Of a DNA stretch of 64,000 nt, positions 47,223 through 57,573 are shown piece after piece. Below the pieces are notes generated by a model. It had not been told where the DNA came from. It searched no databases and saw only the letters and a list, made by a program, of their open reading frames with translations. The stretch comes from Lysobacteraceae bacterium (GTDB lineage: Bacteria > Pseudomonadota > Gammaproteobacteria > Xanthomonadales > Xanthomonadaceae): positions 1,552-65,551 of the forward strand of contig JBKJHV010000084.1 of NCBI GenBank assembly GCA_046598445.1, read 5' to 3'. The position numbers and the translations under genes were made by a program. The stretch's first letter is position 1. Each line of letters begins with the position of its first letter.

Positions 47223-50200
47223 GCGTCGCCGAGTTCAGCATCAAGCGCCCCGTCACTACGGTGATGTTCTTCATCTCGATGTTAGTGGTGGGACTGATCG
47301 CCGCGGTGCGCCTGCCGCTGGAGGCGCTTCCCTCGGTGACCTTCCCTGGCATCTTCGTGCAGCTGCCCTACAGCGGCTCCACGCCCGAGGAAGTGGAGCG
47401 CACGGTGCTGCGCCCGGTCGAGGAAGCGGTATCGACGATGACCGGGATCAAGCGCATGCAGGGCAACGCCCGCGCCGACGGCGCGTCGATGTTCATCGAG
47501 TTCACCGACTGGGAGCGCGACGCATCGATCGCCGCCTCCGAGGCGCGCGAGCGCATCGACGCGATCCGCGACGACCTGCCGGACGATCTGCAGCGTTATT
47601 TCGTGCTGAAATTCTCGACCAGCGACGAACCGGTGCTGAAGGTGCGGCTGGCCAGCAAGCGCGACATGACCCGCGAATACGACATGATCGATCGCGAGTT
47701 CAAGCGCCGGCTCGAACGCATTCCCGGCGTCGCCCGGGTCGACGTGCTCGGCGCGCCGCCCAATGAGGTGGAGATCGCGGTTTCGTCCGACCGCCTCAAT
47801 GCCCACGGCATCGACCTGAACGCACTCAACATGCGGCTGCGCGAGGTGAACTTCTCGGTGTCGGCCGGACAGATCGACGACGGCGGGCGGCGCCTGCGGG
47901 TGCAGCCGGTCGGCGAAATCGTCGATCTGCAGCAGTACCGCGACATCGTCGTCGACGCCAAGGGCACGCGGCTGTCGGACGTGGCCGACATCCAGCTGAA
48001 ACCGACGCGTATCGACTACGGCCGGCGCCTCGACGGGCAGCCGGCGGTGGGCCTGGACATCTTCAAGGAGCGCAGCGCGAACCTGGTCGAGGTGGCGAAG
48101 GACGTCCTGAAGGAAGTCGATGCCATCGCCAAGGATCCGGCGCTGGACGGCGTGCAGGTCAAGGTGATCGAGGACCAGGGCGAAGCGGTGACCGGTTCGT
48201 TGATGGAACTGGCCGAGGCCGGGCTGGTCGGCCTGCTGCTGTCGATCATCGTGCTGTATTTCTTCCTGCGCCACTGGCCGTCGACGCTGATGGTGACCAC
48301 GGCCATCCCGATCTGTTTCGTGATGACCCTGGGCTTCATGTACTTCGCCGGCGTCACCCTCAACATCCTGACGATGATGGGCCTGCTGCTCGCGGTGGGC
48401 ATGCTGGTGGACAACGCCGTGGTGGTGGTGGAGAGCATCTACCAGGAACGCGAGCGCATGCCCGGCCAGCCGCGCCTCGCTTCGCTGGTGGGCACCCGCA
48501 ACGTGGCGATCGCGCTGTCCGCGGGTACGCTCTGCCATTGCATCGTGTTCGTGCCGAACCTCTTCGGCGACCGCAACATGCTCAGCATCTTCATGTCGCA
48601 GATCGCGATCACCATCTCGGTGTCGCTGCTGGCGTCGTGGCTGGTGGCGGTGAGCCTGATCCCGATGCTGTCCGCGCGGATGAAGACGCCGCCGACGGTG
48701 CGCAACGATCGCGGCCTGATCCCCGGTCTGCAGCGTCGCTACGCCGCATTCCTGCGCTGGACGTTGGAGCATCGCGGCAAGAGCATCCTCGGCATCCTGC
48801 TGATCGTGCTGCTGAGCTTCATCCCGGCGACGCAGATGAAGACCAATATGTTCGGCGGCGAGGAGGGCGGCGAAGCCAACATCTTCTACCAGTGGAACGG
48901 CGCCTACACCAAGCAGCAGATGTCCGACGAACTGCTCAAGATCGAGACCTTCCTCGACAAGAACCGCAAGCAGTACCGGATCGTCCAGATCTATTCGTTC
49001 TACAGCGAGGAAGGCTGGGGCGGCACCCAGGTGAAATTCGATACCGAGAAGCCGGCGGAAACCAAGAAACTGGTGGAGGCGCTGCGCGAGGCCCTGCCCA
49101 AATCGGCGCGCGCGAACATCGGCATCGGCGACCAGGGCGGCCCGGGCGGTGGTGGCGGTCTGGCCCAGAACGTCCAGGTGATGCTGGTGGGTGATTCCTC
49201 CGAGACACTGCAGGAAATCGCCGAGGGCGTGGTGCCGATCCTGGCGCGGCGCAAGGAACTGCGCGACGTACGCGTCAACACCGGCGACCAGAACAGCGAG
49301 CTGTCGGTGCGGGTGGACCGCGAGCGCGCCGCGGCGTTCGGGTTCAGCGCCCAGGAAGCCTCGCAGTTCGTCGGCCTGGCGCTGCGCGGCGCGCCGCTGC
49401 GCGAATTCCGCCAGGGCGATACCGAAGTGCCGGTGTGGTTGCGTTTCGCCGGCGCCGACGACTACGGCATCAAGGACATCTCCGCGTTCACCGTGCGCGC
49501 GCCGGACGGCCGGATCGTGCCGCTGATGGCGATGGTGGACGTGCGGATCGGCGAAGCAGCCTCGCAGATCGAACGTTCCAACCGCCAGACCACCCTGACC
49601 ATCCAGGCCAACCTCGCCGACAAGGTGTCGATGCCCGATGCGCGCAAGGCGATGGAGGACACGCTGAAGTCGATCCCGTTCCCGGCCGGTTACACCTACA
49701 GCTTCGATGGCGGCGGGTTCCAGCAGGACGACGATGCGATGAAGCAGATGATGTTCAATCTCATCATCGCGCTGGTGATGATCTACGTGGTGATGGCGGC
49801 GGTGTTCGAGTCGCTGTTGTTTCCTGCGGCGATCATGAGCGGCGTCGTGTTCTCGGTGTTCGGCGTGTTCTGGCTGTTCTGGCTGACCGGCACCGAGTTC
49901 AACGTGATGGCCTTCATCGGCATCCTGGTGTTGATGGGCGTGGTGGTGAACAACGGCATCGTGATGATCGAGCACATCAATAATCTGCGACGGCGCGGCA
50001 TGTCGCGCACCGATGCGCTGGTGGAAGGCAGTCGCGAGCGTCTGCGCCCGATCCTGATGACGATGGGTACCGCGATCCTGGCGATGGTGCCGATCGCGCT
50101 GGGCCAGACCAAGATGGCCGGCGACGGTCCGCCGTATTTCCCGATGGCCCGCGCCATCGCCGGCGGACTGGCGTTCTCCACGGTGGTCAGCCTGCTTTTC

Positions 50201-50320
50201 CTGCCGACGATCTACGCGGTGCTGGACGACCTGCGCTCGGCGACCTCGCGCGTGATCGCACGGGCGAGCGGCAAGCGCGGCGTCCCGGCCGCGGCGGTGG
50301 CGGCGATCAAGGCGGAGTGA
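47219..50320 (+). CDS. RND efflux permease subunit 2
   Basis: FSIKRPV, GMLVDNAVVVVE, GVVVNNGI, RLRPILMT; ATGA overlap. Confidence 0.93.
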   Translation: MSVAEFSIKRPVTTVMFFISMLVVGLIAAVRLPLEALPSVTFPGIFVQLPYSGSTPEEVERTVLRPVEEAVSTMTGIKRMQGNARADGASMFIEFTDWERDASIAASEARERIDAIRDDLPDDLQRYFVLKFSTSDEPVLKVRLASKRDMTREYDMIDREFKRRLERIPGVARVDVLGAPPNEVEIAVSSDRLNAHGIDLNALNMRLREVNFSVSAGQIDDGGRRLRVQPVGEIVDLQQYRDIVVDAKGTRLSDVADIQLKPTRIDYGRRLDGQPAVGLDIFKERSANLVEVAKDVLKEVDAIAKDPALDGVQVKVIEDQGEAVTGSLMELAEAGLVGLLLSIIVLYFFLRHWPSTLMVTTAIPICFVMTLGFMYFAGVTLNILTMMGLLLAVGMLVDNAVVVVESIYQERERMPGQPRLASLVGTRNVAIALSAGTLCHCIVFVPNLFGDRNMLSIFMSQIAITISVSLLASWLVAVSLIPMLSARMKTPPTVRNDRGLIPGLQRRYAAFLRWTLEHRGKSILGILLIVLLSFIPATQMKTNMFGGEEGGEANIFYQWNGAYTKQQMSDELLKIETFLDKNRKQYRIVQIYSFYSEEGWGGTQVKFDTEKPAETKKLVEALREALPKSARANIGIGDQGGPGGGGGLAQNVQVMLVGDSSETLQEIAEGVVPILARRKELRDVRVNTGDQNSELSVRVDRERAAAFGFSAQEASQFVGLALRGAPLREFRQGDTEVPVWLRFAGADDYGIKDISAFTVRAPDGRIVPLMAMVDVRIGEAASQIERSNRQTTLTIQANLADKVSMPDARKAMEDTLKSIPFPAGYTYSFDGGGFQQDDDAMKQMMFNLIIALVMIYVVMAAVFESLLFPAAIMSGVVFSVFGVFWLFWLTGTEFNVMAFIGILVLMGVVVNNGIVMIEHINNLRRRGMSRTDALVEGSRERLRPILMTMGTAILAMVPIALGQTKMAGDGPPYFPMARAIAGGLAFSTVVSLLFLPTIYAVLDDLRSATSRVIARASGKRGVPAAAVAAIKAE

Positions 50321-50342
50321 TCGGTTGAATGGCTGTGCTTGC

Positions 50343-50410
50343 GTAGGAGGGGCTTTAGCCCCGAGCTCTCGGCTCTACGTCAAAGAGCTCGGGCCTGAAG
50401 GCCCTCCTAC
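50343..50410. repeat. GTAG-family REP doublet (REPIN)
   Basis: GTAGGAGGGGCTTTAGCCCCGA ... TCGGGCCTGAAGGCCCTCCTAC between convergent genes. Confidence 0.85.
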
Positions 50411-50452
50411 GAACGTAAGTCCCCGCGCGCGGGGACCGTCGTTTGGATTGGA

Positions 50453-51706
50453 TCACCCCATCAGTTTTGCCAGCATCCTCGCGCCGCCGGTCCACACGCC
50501 GATGGCGGTGCCGAGGCTGGTCAGGAAGAAATTCAGCAACGTGCGTGCGACGCGATTGCGCCACCAGCCCTTCACGGTCTGCACGTCGTCGCGCAGGGCC
50601 ATGAAGTCGGCGTAGGTCGGTTTGCGTACCCAGGCTTCGACCAGTGCACTGAGCGTGCCTGAGGCCAGCGCCGGGTGCAGCGGCGTGATCGGCGAGGCGA
50701 CGAAAGCGGTGAGGATGCTCAGCGGATGGCCGCCGGCGATGGCGCAGCCGATCGCGCCGAGCGTGCCGGTCACCAACACCCATTGCAGCACCAGGTCGCT
50801 GCCGACCTCGAAACCGCCGCGCCAGAATCCCCAGACGAAGCCACCCAGCACGAATGCGGCGAGCAGCAGGGTGAACCACGGGAACGACGACTTCTGCGCG
50901 ACCGCTTCCAGTTCGACGCGAAGAGCCGCGGGGTCGCGGTCGTCCTCGGCCAGATGCTTCGCGAGGCCCTGCAGATGGCCGGCGCCGACCACAGCCAGCA
51001 CTTCGCGTGCGGTGCCTTCGGCCGGGATCTCGCGTAGGCGCGCGGCCATGTACTGGTCGCGTTCGGCGATGACGGTCTCGTACAGCGCGGGGCTGTCGGC
51101 GGCGAACTCGCTGAAGCTCGACTCCAGCATGTCGCCTTCCTTCAAGCCCTCGATCTGTTCGTCCGACACCTTTTCGTCGAAGAACAGCGACGCCATCAAA
51201 CCGCCCGACACCTTCGCGCGGCCCCACCAGCCCAGCCGCTGCATCGCGCGCCGGAAGGTCAGGCCGACATCGCGGTCGATCAGATGCAGCGACAGCCCGC
51301 GCTCGCGCGCATCCAGCACCGCGGCCTTGAGTTCCGCGCCGGGTTCGATATCGAGCTGTTCGGCGAGCCGGCGCTGATACGCCGCAAGCCCCAGATTCGC
51401 GGCGAACACCGCGGTCTTGCCTTCGCGCAGCACCTTCACCAGATCCAGGCGCGCGAGCGCATCGGGGTCGGTCAAGGCCTGCGCGCGCTGCGGGTCCAGT
51501 TCGACCGCGATGGTGTCGTAGTCGCCGCTGGCGATGGCCGCCCGCACCACGTCGACGCTGGTCTTGGAGATGTGCGCGGTGCCCAACAGGGTGTAGCGCA
51601 CGCCGTCGCGTTCGACGATGGCGTGGGGCTGGTCGGCAATGGTTGGGGGAAGATCCGTCGCGATGCTGGTCGCAAGAGGAAGATCTGCAGCGGTGTCGTC
51701 GGTCAT
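50453..51706 (-). CDS. TraB/PrgY (GumN/Tiki superfamily) membrane protein
   Basis: LLGTAHIS, VELD..R, PGAE, IDRD...T, ERD.YMA, AVVGAGH; C-terminal TMs. Confidence 0.88.
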   Translation of the reverse strand: MTDDTAADLPLATSIATDLPPTIADQPHAIVERDGVRYTLLGTAHISKTSVDVVRAAIASGDYDTIAVELDPQRAQALTDPDALARLDLVKVLREGKTAVFAANLGLAAYQRRLAEQLDIEPGAELKAAVLDARERGLSLHLIDRDVGLTFRRAMQRLGWWGRAKVSGGLMASLFFDEKVSDEQIEGLKEGDMLESSFSEFAADSPALYETVIAERDQYMAARLREIPAEGTAREVLAVVGAGHLQGLAKHLAEDDRDPAALRVELEAVAQKSSFPWFTLLLAAFVLGGFVWGFWRGGFEVGSDLVLQWVLVTGTLGAIGCAIAGGHPLSILTAFVASPITPLHPALASGTLSALVEAWVRKPTYADFMALRDDVQTVKGWWRNRVARTLLNFFLTSLGTAIGVWTGGARMLAKLMG

Positions 51707-51840
51707 CAAAGGCGCCTGGCGAGCCGCGTTTTCGGCTTCATTGCGGATTGTCAGGCCCAGTGCTGGCCCAGCGCAACCGACAATCGATGCTCGCCAGCGC
51801 AAACACGCGGGCCGTGCTTGAGACAGTCATCGTCTGTCCT

Positions 51841-52767
51841 TCACGCGAAGCCGTAAGGCAGATTCGGCGAAGACACGATCCGCGCGCCCACCGGTTCGCT
51901 GCGCAGGAAACGCAGCGCGTCGGCGATCACCAGCGGATGCTCGGCGATGCGGTTGTGGCCGTAGCCGCGTGTGCTGAGCATGCGCGCGCCGTGCCACAGC
52001 CGCGCGTAGCGTTCGCCTTCGGACCACGGCACTTCGCGGTCCTCCACGTCGTGCACGATCAGCGCCGGGCGGCCGATCATCGGCGCGTTGTGGTGCGCCT
52101 GCAGCTCGTTGATGGGCACCCGGGTCTCGCGCTCGAACAGCATCGCCATCCGTCGGCCGAAGTGGACGCCCAGCCACACGAAGCGACTGAAGCGTTCCAT
52201 CGCCGCCAGCGGATCGGCGGCGGGGGCGATCAGGATCGCGCGTTCGGCATCGAGCCCGCGCGCCAGCGCCACCGCGGCTGCGGTACCGCCCAGTGAATGG
52301 CCGAGGACCGCCGCGGCCGGGCCGTAATGCTGGCCGACGGCGAGCAGATGACAGGCGAAATCTGGCAGCGTGGTGAAATGGCCGCCGCTCTTGCCGTGCC
52401 CGGCCTGATCGAACGCGACCACTGCGTAACCCGCGGCCTGCAGCGGTTCGATCCACGGCGCGATGCGGGTGCCGTGGCTCGACCAGCCGTGCGCGAACAG
52501 GATGTACGGCTGTCGCTGCGGATCGCCCCAGACATAGGTGGCGATCTCGATGCCGTCCACGGTCAGCCGTTCCTCGCGCGCCCCTGCGGTCGGGGCGCTT
52601 GCCGCGCGCGCGCGGCTGGAGCGGAACGGCGTCGTGAACAGCTTCGCCGCCCGAATGAGGGTGATGTCCGGCAGCAGTCGACCGCCGATCAGGAACCCGA
52701 TCCGGACGCTGTATAAATTCGATAAGGTGCGAACGGTCGTGCTTATTTTCGCGAATGAGAAAGACAT
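51841..52767 (-). CDS. Alpha/beta hydrolase
   Basis: HGWS, D..GHG.S, GHSLG, HD.ED.EV, GHNRI. Confidence 0.88.
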   Translation of the reverse strand: MSFSFAKISTTVRTLSNLYSVRIGFLIGGRLLPDITLIRAAKLFTTPFRSSRARAASAPTAGAREERLTVDGIEIATYVWGDPQRQPYILFAHGWSSHGTRIAPWIEPLQAAGYAVVAFDQAGHGKSGGHFTTLPDFACHLLAVGQHYGPAAAVLGHSLGGTAAAVALARGLDAERAILIAPAADPLAAMERFSRFVWLGVHFGRRMAMLFERETRVPINELQAHHNAPMIGRPALIVHDVEDREVPWSEGERYARLWHGARMLSTRGYGHNRIAEHPLVIADALRFLRSEPVGARIVSSPNLPYGFA

Positions 52768-52789
52768 GGCGAATCTCCGTGGGGGAGGA

Positions 52790-53431
52790 TCAGTCTTGGG
52801 GGGGCAGGGGCAGGGCTTGAGGCTGGGGTTGCGGTAAATAGCCCTGCAGGAGTCGATCGAACATCCGCTGGCCGTGCGCGGTCGCGGTATCGATGTCGGA
52901 GATCGCCATCTCGTGCTGGACCGCGAGCGCGATGGCGTTGATTTCGAAAGAGAATTGCCCGGCGTCGATGCCGTTGCGCAATTCGCCGGTGTCGATGGAC
53001 ATGTCGATGGCGCGGACCAGTTCGCTGCGCCAACGCTGATGGTGCATCAGCACCCGGTCGCGCAGCGGGCCAGGGCGGTCGTCGTACTCGCTGACCGCGG
53101 TCAGCAGCAGGCAGCCGCCGCGATCCAGGCGCAGCCAATCGAGCCAGTTGGCGAAGATCGCCCGCAGCCGGGGCAGGCCGCGGCCGGCTTTGAGCGCCGG
53201 GATCAGGGTGTGTTCGCCGAAACGCAGGGCCGCGATGTCCAGCACCGCCAATTGCAGGTCTTCGCGCGAGCCGAAATGCGCGAAGACACCGCTTTTCGAC
53301 ATACCCACCGTGTCCGCCAGCGGGCCGATCGACAGCCCTTCCAGCCCGGCCGATGCGGCAATCATGTAGGCGCGTTCCACGATCATGTCGCGGGTGGCGG
53401 CGCCTTTGGAGGTGGCGGCGGCGGGTGTCAT
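52790..53431 (-). CDS. TetR/AcrR-family regulator
   Basis: GLEGLSIG.LA...GMSKSGVFAHFGSRE HTH. Confidence 0.92.
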   Translation of the reverse strand: MTPAAATSKGAATRDMIVERAYMIAASAGLEGLSIGPLADTVGMSKSGVFAHFGSREDLQLAVLDIAALRFGEHTLIPALKAGRGLPRLRAIFANWLDWLRLDRGGCLLLTAVSEYDDRPGPLRDRVLMHHQRWRSELVRAIDMSIDTGELRNGIDAGQFSFEINAIALAVQHEMAISDIDTATAHGQRMFDRLLQGYLPQPQPQALPLPPQD

Positions 53432-53440
53432 GGCGTCTTT

Positions 53441-53460
53441 ATAGAACGACCGTTCGTTTC
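53441..53460. promoter_or_regulatory. Candidate TetR operator (GAACGACCGTTC imperfect palindrome)
   Basis: Immediately upstream of the tetR start; core ACGACCGTTCG recurs at 52730..52740 on the other strand. Confidence 0.5.
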
Positions 53461-53570
53461 TTTGCAAGATTCAGGCGACAAGCGGTAGCGCGGAAGCGTC
53501 GTCCGAAAGCATTCTGTCGCTATGGCCCTTCAATCAGTTGCTATCGCACTTGAAGAAAGGCCTGAACAGC

Positions 53571-53656
53571 TCGTCACCCCGGCGAAAGCCGGGGCCCAGC
53601 TCCTCAGTAAATAGTTGATAAGGAAGGCTGGATCCCGGCTTTCGCCGGGATGACGA
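53571..53656. repeat. Palindromic repeat (GTCACCCCGGCGAAAGCCGGGG type doublet)
   Basis: TCGTCACCCCGGCGAAAGCCGGGGCCCAGC ... GCTGGATCCCGGCTTTCGCCGGGATGACGA. Confidence 0.8.
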
Positions 53657-53682
53657 CAGTGAACTATTCACACCTTCCTGAA

Positions 53683-54567
53683 TCAGTCGCGATAGCGCTT
53701 CAACAGATCACCGTAGGCGTCGATCCGGCGGTCGCGCAGGAACGGCCAGATCCGGCGGACGTGTTCGCTGCGGGCCATGTCGACGTCGGCCATCAGGATC
53801 GCCGGCTCGGCGCCGGCTTCGGCCAGGAATTCGCCCTGCGGCCCGAGGATATGGCTGTTGCCCCAGAAATCGATGCCGGCGGCATCCAGCGGCGATTGCT
53901 CGTGGCCGACCCGGTTGCAGGACAGCACCGGCAGGCCGTTGGCGACCGCATGACCGCGGTGGCTGAGGATCCACGCACCGCGCTGGCGGTCTTTCTCGGC
54001 CTGTTCGTCGCCGGGATCCCAGCCGATGGCGGTCGGATACAGCAGCAGTTCCGCGCCGGCCAGGGCCATCAGTCGTGCGGCTTCCGGATACCACTGGTCC
54101 CAGCACACCAGCACGCCGAGGCGGCCGGCCGAGGTGTCGATCGGCTCGAAACCGAGGTCGCCGGGCGTGAAGTAGAACTTCTCGTAGAAGCCCGGATCGT
54201 CCGGGATGTGCATCTTGCGATACTTGCCGGCGGTGCTGCCGTCGGCGTCGAAGACCACCGCGGTGTTGTGGTACAGACCGGCGGCGCGGCGCTCGAACAG
54301 CGAACTCACCAGCACCACGCCGTGCCGTTTGGCCAGCGCCGCCAGCCGCTCGGTGCTGGGGCCGGGGATCGGTTCGGCCAAGTCGAATTCGTCCACCGAC
54401 TCGTGCTGGCAGAAATAGGCGCCGTTGTGCAGTTCCTGCAGCAGCACCAGCTTCGCGCCGCGCTTCGCGGCTTCGCCAACGCGGGTTTCGATCACCGCCA
54501 GATTGGCCTCGGCATCGCCGTGGTTCGTTTCCTGGATCAGCGCAACGGGCAGGGTTCTGGTTTTCAT
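53683..54567 (-). CDS. aguB: N-carbamoylputrescine amidase (carbon-nitrogen hydrolase)
   Basis: LQELH, YRKMHIPDDPGFYEKFYF, CWDQW; adjacent to agmatine deiminase. Confidence 0.88.
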   Translation of the reverse strand: MKTRTLPVALIQETNHGDAEANLAVIETRVGEAAKRGAKLVLLQELHNGAYFCQHESVDEFDLAEPIPGPSTERLAALAKRHGVVLVSSLFERRAAGLYHNTAVVFDADGSTAGKYRKMHIPDDPGFYEKFYFTPGDLGFEPIDTSAGRLGVLVCWDQWYPEAARLMALAGAELLLYPTAIGWDPGDEQAEKDRQRGAWILSHRGHAVANGLPVLSCNRVGHEQSPLDAAGIDFWGNSHILGPQGEFLAEAGAEPAILMADVDMARSEHVRRIWPFLRDRRIDAYGDLLKRYRD

Positions 54568-54599
54568 GGTGTATCGCAACCTCTCGCGAAGCGGATGTC

Positions 54600-54623
54600 G
54601 TAGGGCGGGCCCAGGCCCGCCAT
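54600..54623 (+). repeat. Single GTAG-type REP
   Basis: GTAG followed by hairpin GGCGGGCC-CA-GGCCCGCC. Confidence 0.55.
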
Positions 54624-54676
54624 CGCAACATTTCCGCCGGAATCTTACGCCCGACGGAACGGTGAAGCGTTTCGGT

Positions 54677-55717
54677 TCAGCCCAACACGCCTTCGGGCAA
54701 CTGCATGGTGATGCAGTGCAGGCTGCCGTTCTGCCAGATCAGCGGCCGGCACGGCACCGGCACGATGGCGCGGCCCGGGAAGGCCTCGGCCATCACTTCC
54801 TGCGCGCGCGCGTCGGCCACATCGCCGTACGACGGAATCAGCACCGCGCCGTTGACGATCAGGAAATTGGCGTAGCTGGCAGCGAGACGGCGGCCGTCGT
54901 CGAACACCGGCTTCGGCCACGGCAGCGCGAACAACCGGTACGGCGCGCCTTCGCGGGTGCGCAGTGCCGACAGCTCTGCGGCCATCGCCTGCAATTCCGG
55001 GTAATGGGTGTCGCTGACGTCGTCGCAGCCCTGATAGACGATGGCGTCTTCGGCGGCGAAGCGGGCGAGGGTGTCGATGTGGGCGTCGGTGTCGTCGCCT
55101 TCCAGATAGCCGCGGTCGAGCCACAGCACCCGGCGCTGGGCGAGCCAGCCGGACAGTTTCGCGGTGAGTTCCTCGCGCGACGCCTGCGGATGGCGCTCGT
55201 GCAGGCAGCGCCAGGTCGTCAGCAGGGTGCCGGCGCCGTCGGTTTCGATACCGCCGCCTTCCAGCGCGAAGTCGATCTCATGGCGCTGCACGTCGGCGAA
55301 CACGTCCTGCGCGACCAGCGCCTCGACCAGGCGGTCGTCGCGGCTGGCCTCGAACTTGCCGCCCCAGCCGGTGAAGCGGAAATCCAGCAGCCGGAACGCC
55401 GCCCCGTCCTCGCTTGCACGTAACGTCACCGGGCCCGAATCGCGCAGCCAGGTGTCGTCGTATTCGACAGTGACGAAGCGCACGCGGGCCATGTCCACCC
55501 GCGCCGAGCGCAGTCTGGCTTCGGCATAGATCTGCAGATCATCGTCGGCGATGCAGATCACCGCATCCTGGAATGCGGTGATGGCGGCGACGAGAGCGAT
55601 GTAGGTTTCCTCGACTTCGACCAGGCGTGGGCCCCAGTCGGTCTCGGAATGCGGCCACGCGATCAGAACGGCGGACTGGGGTTCCCACTCCGCGGGAAAA
55701 CGATACTTGACGGTCAT
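54677..55717 (-). CDS. aguA: Agmatine deiminase
   Basis: PAEWEP, DTWLRDSGP, LEGGGI..DG.GT, DDTDAHID, ASYANF, GSLHCITMQ. Confidence 0.92.
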   Translation of the reverse strand: MTVKYRFPAEWEPQSAVLIAWPHSETDWGPRLVEVEETYIALVAAITAFQDAVICIADDDLQIYAEARLRSARVDMARVRFVTVEYDDTWLRDSGPVTLRASEDGAAFRLLDFRFTGWGGKFEASRDDRLVEALVAQDVFADVQRHEIDFALEGGGIETDGAGTLLTTWRCLHERHPQASREELTAKLSGWLAQRRVLWLDRGYLEGDDTDAHIDTLARFAAEDAIVYQGCDDVSDTHYPELQAMAAELSALRTREGAPYRLFALPWPKPVFDDGRRLAASYANFLIVNGAVLIPSYGDVADARAQEVMAEAFPGRAIVPVPCRPLIWQNGSLHCITMQLPEGVLG

Positions 55718-55721
55718 GAGG

Positions 55722-56054
55722 TCAGCGGATTGGCGGCTTCGGTCCGACTTCGTTCGCGCCGGCGCGGATGGCGACGGCGTCGATGACCCGGTCTTTCTCG
55801 AAATAGACGACGAAATTCGAATAGGTCCAGCGGTTGATCGAGGGCCACTGGCGCTTCTGGCCGCCGCGGGGATCCAGGCGCTGGATGGGCGCCCCGAATT
55901 TGCGTTCGACATCGGCCATGCGCGTGCCGCGTGCGGGCAGGGCCATGCCGGCTTCTTCGCTCACGCGTTCGATCAACAGCGTTTCGGCGGACGCCTGCGG
56001 GGCGGCGGCTGCAAACATGATGGCAGCGAGAATGGCGGCGGAGAGCTGGCGCAT
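55722..56054 (-). CDS. Small secreted hypothetical protein
   Basis: GAGGA SD, signal peptide, P.RG..M..V...FGAP...I.RW.Y..F.VYFE. Confidence 0.7.
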   Translation of the reverse strand: MRQLSAAILAAIMFAAAAPQASAETLLIERVSEEAGMALPARGTRMADVERKFGAPIQRLDPRGGQKRQWPSINRWTYSNFVVYFEKDRVIDAVAIRAGANEVGPKPPIR

Positions 56055-56135
56055 GGGGATATCCTCAATCGTAAATGCGGGTGCGAAATACGGATGGCGT
56101 TCGAAGGGCGGGGCGCCCCACGTACGTCGCCAATT

Positions 56136-56183
56136 GTAAGCGCATCCGTAAGCGCATCCGTAAGCGCATCCGTAAGCGCATCG
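56136..56183. repeat. 12-bp tandem repeat (GTAAGCGCATCC) x about 4
   Basis: Three perfect copies plus one with a final C>G change, no spacers. Confidence 0.93.
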
Positions 56184-56228
56184 CGACAGCGGAGGGATTA
56201 CGGGGGATCGCCGCGGAACCCGGACGCG

Positions 56229-56256
56229 ACAAAGGCCGCGCGAGGCGGCCTTTGTC
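56229..56256. terminator. Hairpin downstream of rpmJ, probable terminator
   Basis: ACAAAGGCCGC-GCGAG-GCGGCCTTTGT. Confidence 0.6.
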
Positions 56257-56318
56257 CGGGTCTGCGGCACAGCTGCTATATAGATGTATCGCAGCGTGCT
56301 TATCGCATGTCCGTTGTT

Positions 56319-56444
56319 TCAGCGCTGGCGCGCCTTGAAACGCGGATTCGACTTGCAGATCACGAAGACCTTGCCACGGCGGCGGACGACTTTACAGTCG
56401 CGGTGACGGGCCTTCGCCGACTTCAGGGAGGACAAGACCTTCAT
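56319..56444 (-). CDS. rpmJ: 50S ribosomal protein L36, type B (lacks a full zinc ribbon); not in ORF track
   Basis: Hand translation [41 protein letters not shown]; GAGG SD. Confidence 0.95.
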   Translation of the reverse strand: MKVLSSLKSAKARHRDCKVVRRRGKVFVICKSNPRFKARQR

Positions 56445-56627
56445 GGGGAACCTCGGCGATAACGCAGTTGAGTGGATGGGAATGACGCGGATGGTAAATC
56501 AGCCGGCTATTCTGCCGGCATTTCACAGGCGATTCAAGTGGTTGCGTCAGCAGATTGTATCGCCGGGCCGCGAGCCGGGCGAGCTGCCGGCTACAATGGT
56601 GCCCCCGATATCGCCGCCGAGCCCGAC

Positions 56628-57356
56628 ATGCCCGATCACGCCGCCCCCGATCCGGCCTCATCCGCCGCGGTCGTATCCGCTGCAGCCGTCGACGTTCTCA
56701 CCATCGACGGCCCCTCGGGTTCCGGTAAAGGCACCATCAGCCGGCTGGTGGCGAACCGGTTGGGCTGGCATTACCTCGATTCCGGCGCTCTCTACCGCGG
56801 CGTTGGCGTCGCCGCCAGTTGGGCCGGACTGGATCTGACCGATCCCGATGCGCTGGTCCGCTGCGCGTTCGATGCCCACATCGGCTTCGTGGAGGCCGCC
56901 GACGGCGAGCTGCGGGTGATCGTGAACGGCGTCGACGCCACCGACGAGCTGCGCACCGAGACGGCCGGGGCCGCCGCCTCCGCGATCGCAGCGGTACCCG
57001 ACGTGCGGGCCGCGCTTCACGACCGTCAGCGGGCCTTCCGCCAGGCCCCTGGCCTGGTCGCCGACGGCCGCGACATGGGGACCGTGATCTTCCCCGATGC
57101 CCCCTTCAAGGTGTTTTTGACCGCCAGCCCCGACGAACGGGCCGAAAGACGGTATAAGCAGTTGAAAGACAAGGGGGTTTCCGTTATCTTCGACGACCTG
57201 CTGCGGGAAATTCTCGCCCGCGACGCCCGCGATGCCAATCGCGCGGTGGCGCCCTTGCGACCGGCCGACGACGCCGTTTGCATCGACACCACCGGACTCG
57301 GCATCGATGTGGTCGTCGAGCGCGTACTGGCCATCGTGCCCGGCGCGCATCCCTGA
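56628..57356 (+). CDS. cmk: Cytidylate kinase
   Basis: [33 protein letters not shown]. Confidence 0.95.
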   Translation: MPDHAAPDPASSAAVVSAAAVDVLTIDGPSGSGKGTISRLVANRLGWHYLDSGALYRGVGVAASWAGLDLTDPDALVRCAFDAHIGFVEAADGELRVIVNGVDATDELRTETAGAAASAIAAVPDVRAALHDRQRAFRQAPGLVADGRDMGTVIFPDAPFKVFLTASPDERAERRYKQLKDKGVSVIFDDLLREILARDARDANRAVAPLRPADDAVCIDTTGLGIDVVVERVLAIVPGAHP

Positions 57357-57573
57357 GTCGCTCAGGCGAGCGAGTGCTTCACGCAGCAGGCAAGCCCGAC
57401 GCATCCGTCGCGAAAGCAGCGGAGCGGCGGTTTTTTCCACTCCTCACTCTTCATGGCCACAGGCAATCCCGCCCAGGCCCCTACGGGTGGACCGGTTCCA
57501 TAGCGTTGCGTTCGATGGAAGCTTCCGTCGAAGCACGCACCCCGGTCTATGTCATCTACAGAGCAATCAATCC

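Noticed and set aside
50453-51706. TraB-family gene as evidence of a conjugative element
   Set aside because: TraB/PrgY/GumN proteins are commonly chromosomal; no relaxase or T4SS genes nearby
56136-56183. Possible CRISPR array
   Set aside because: 12-bp units are directly adjacent with no spacers, and there are no cas genes in the window
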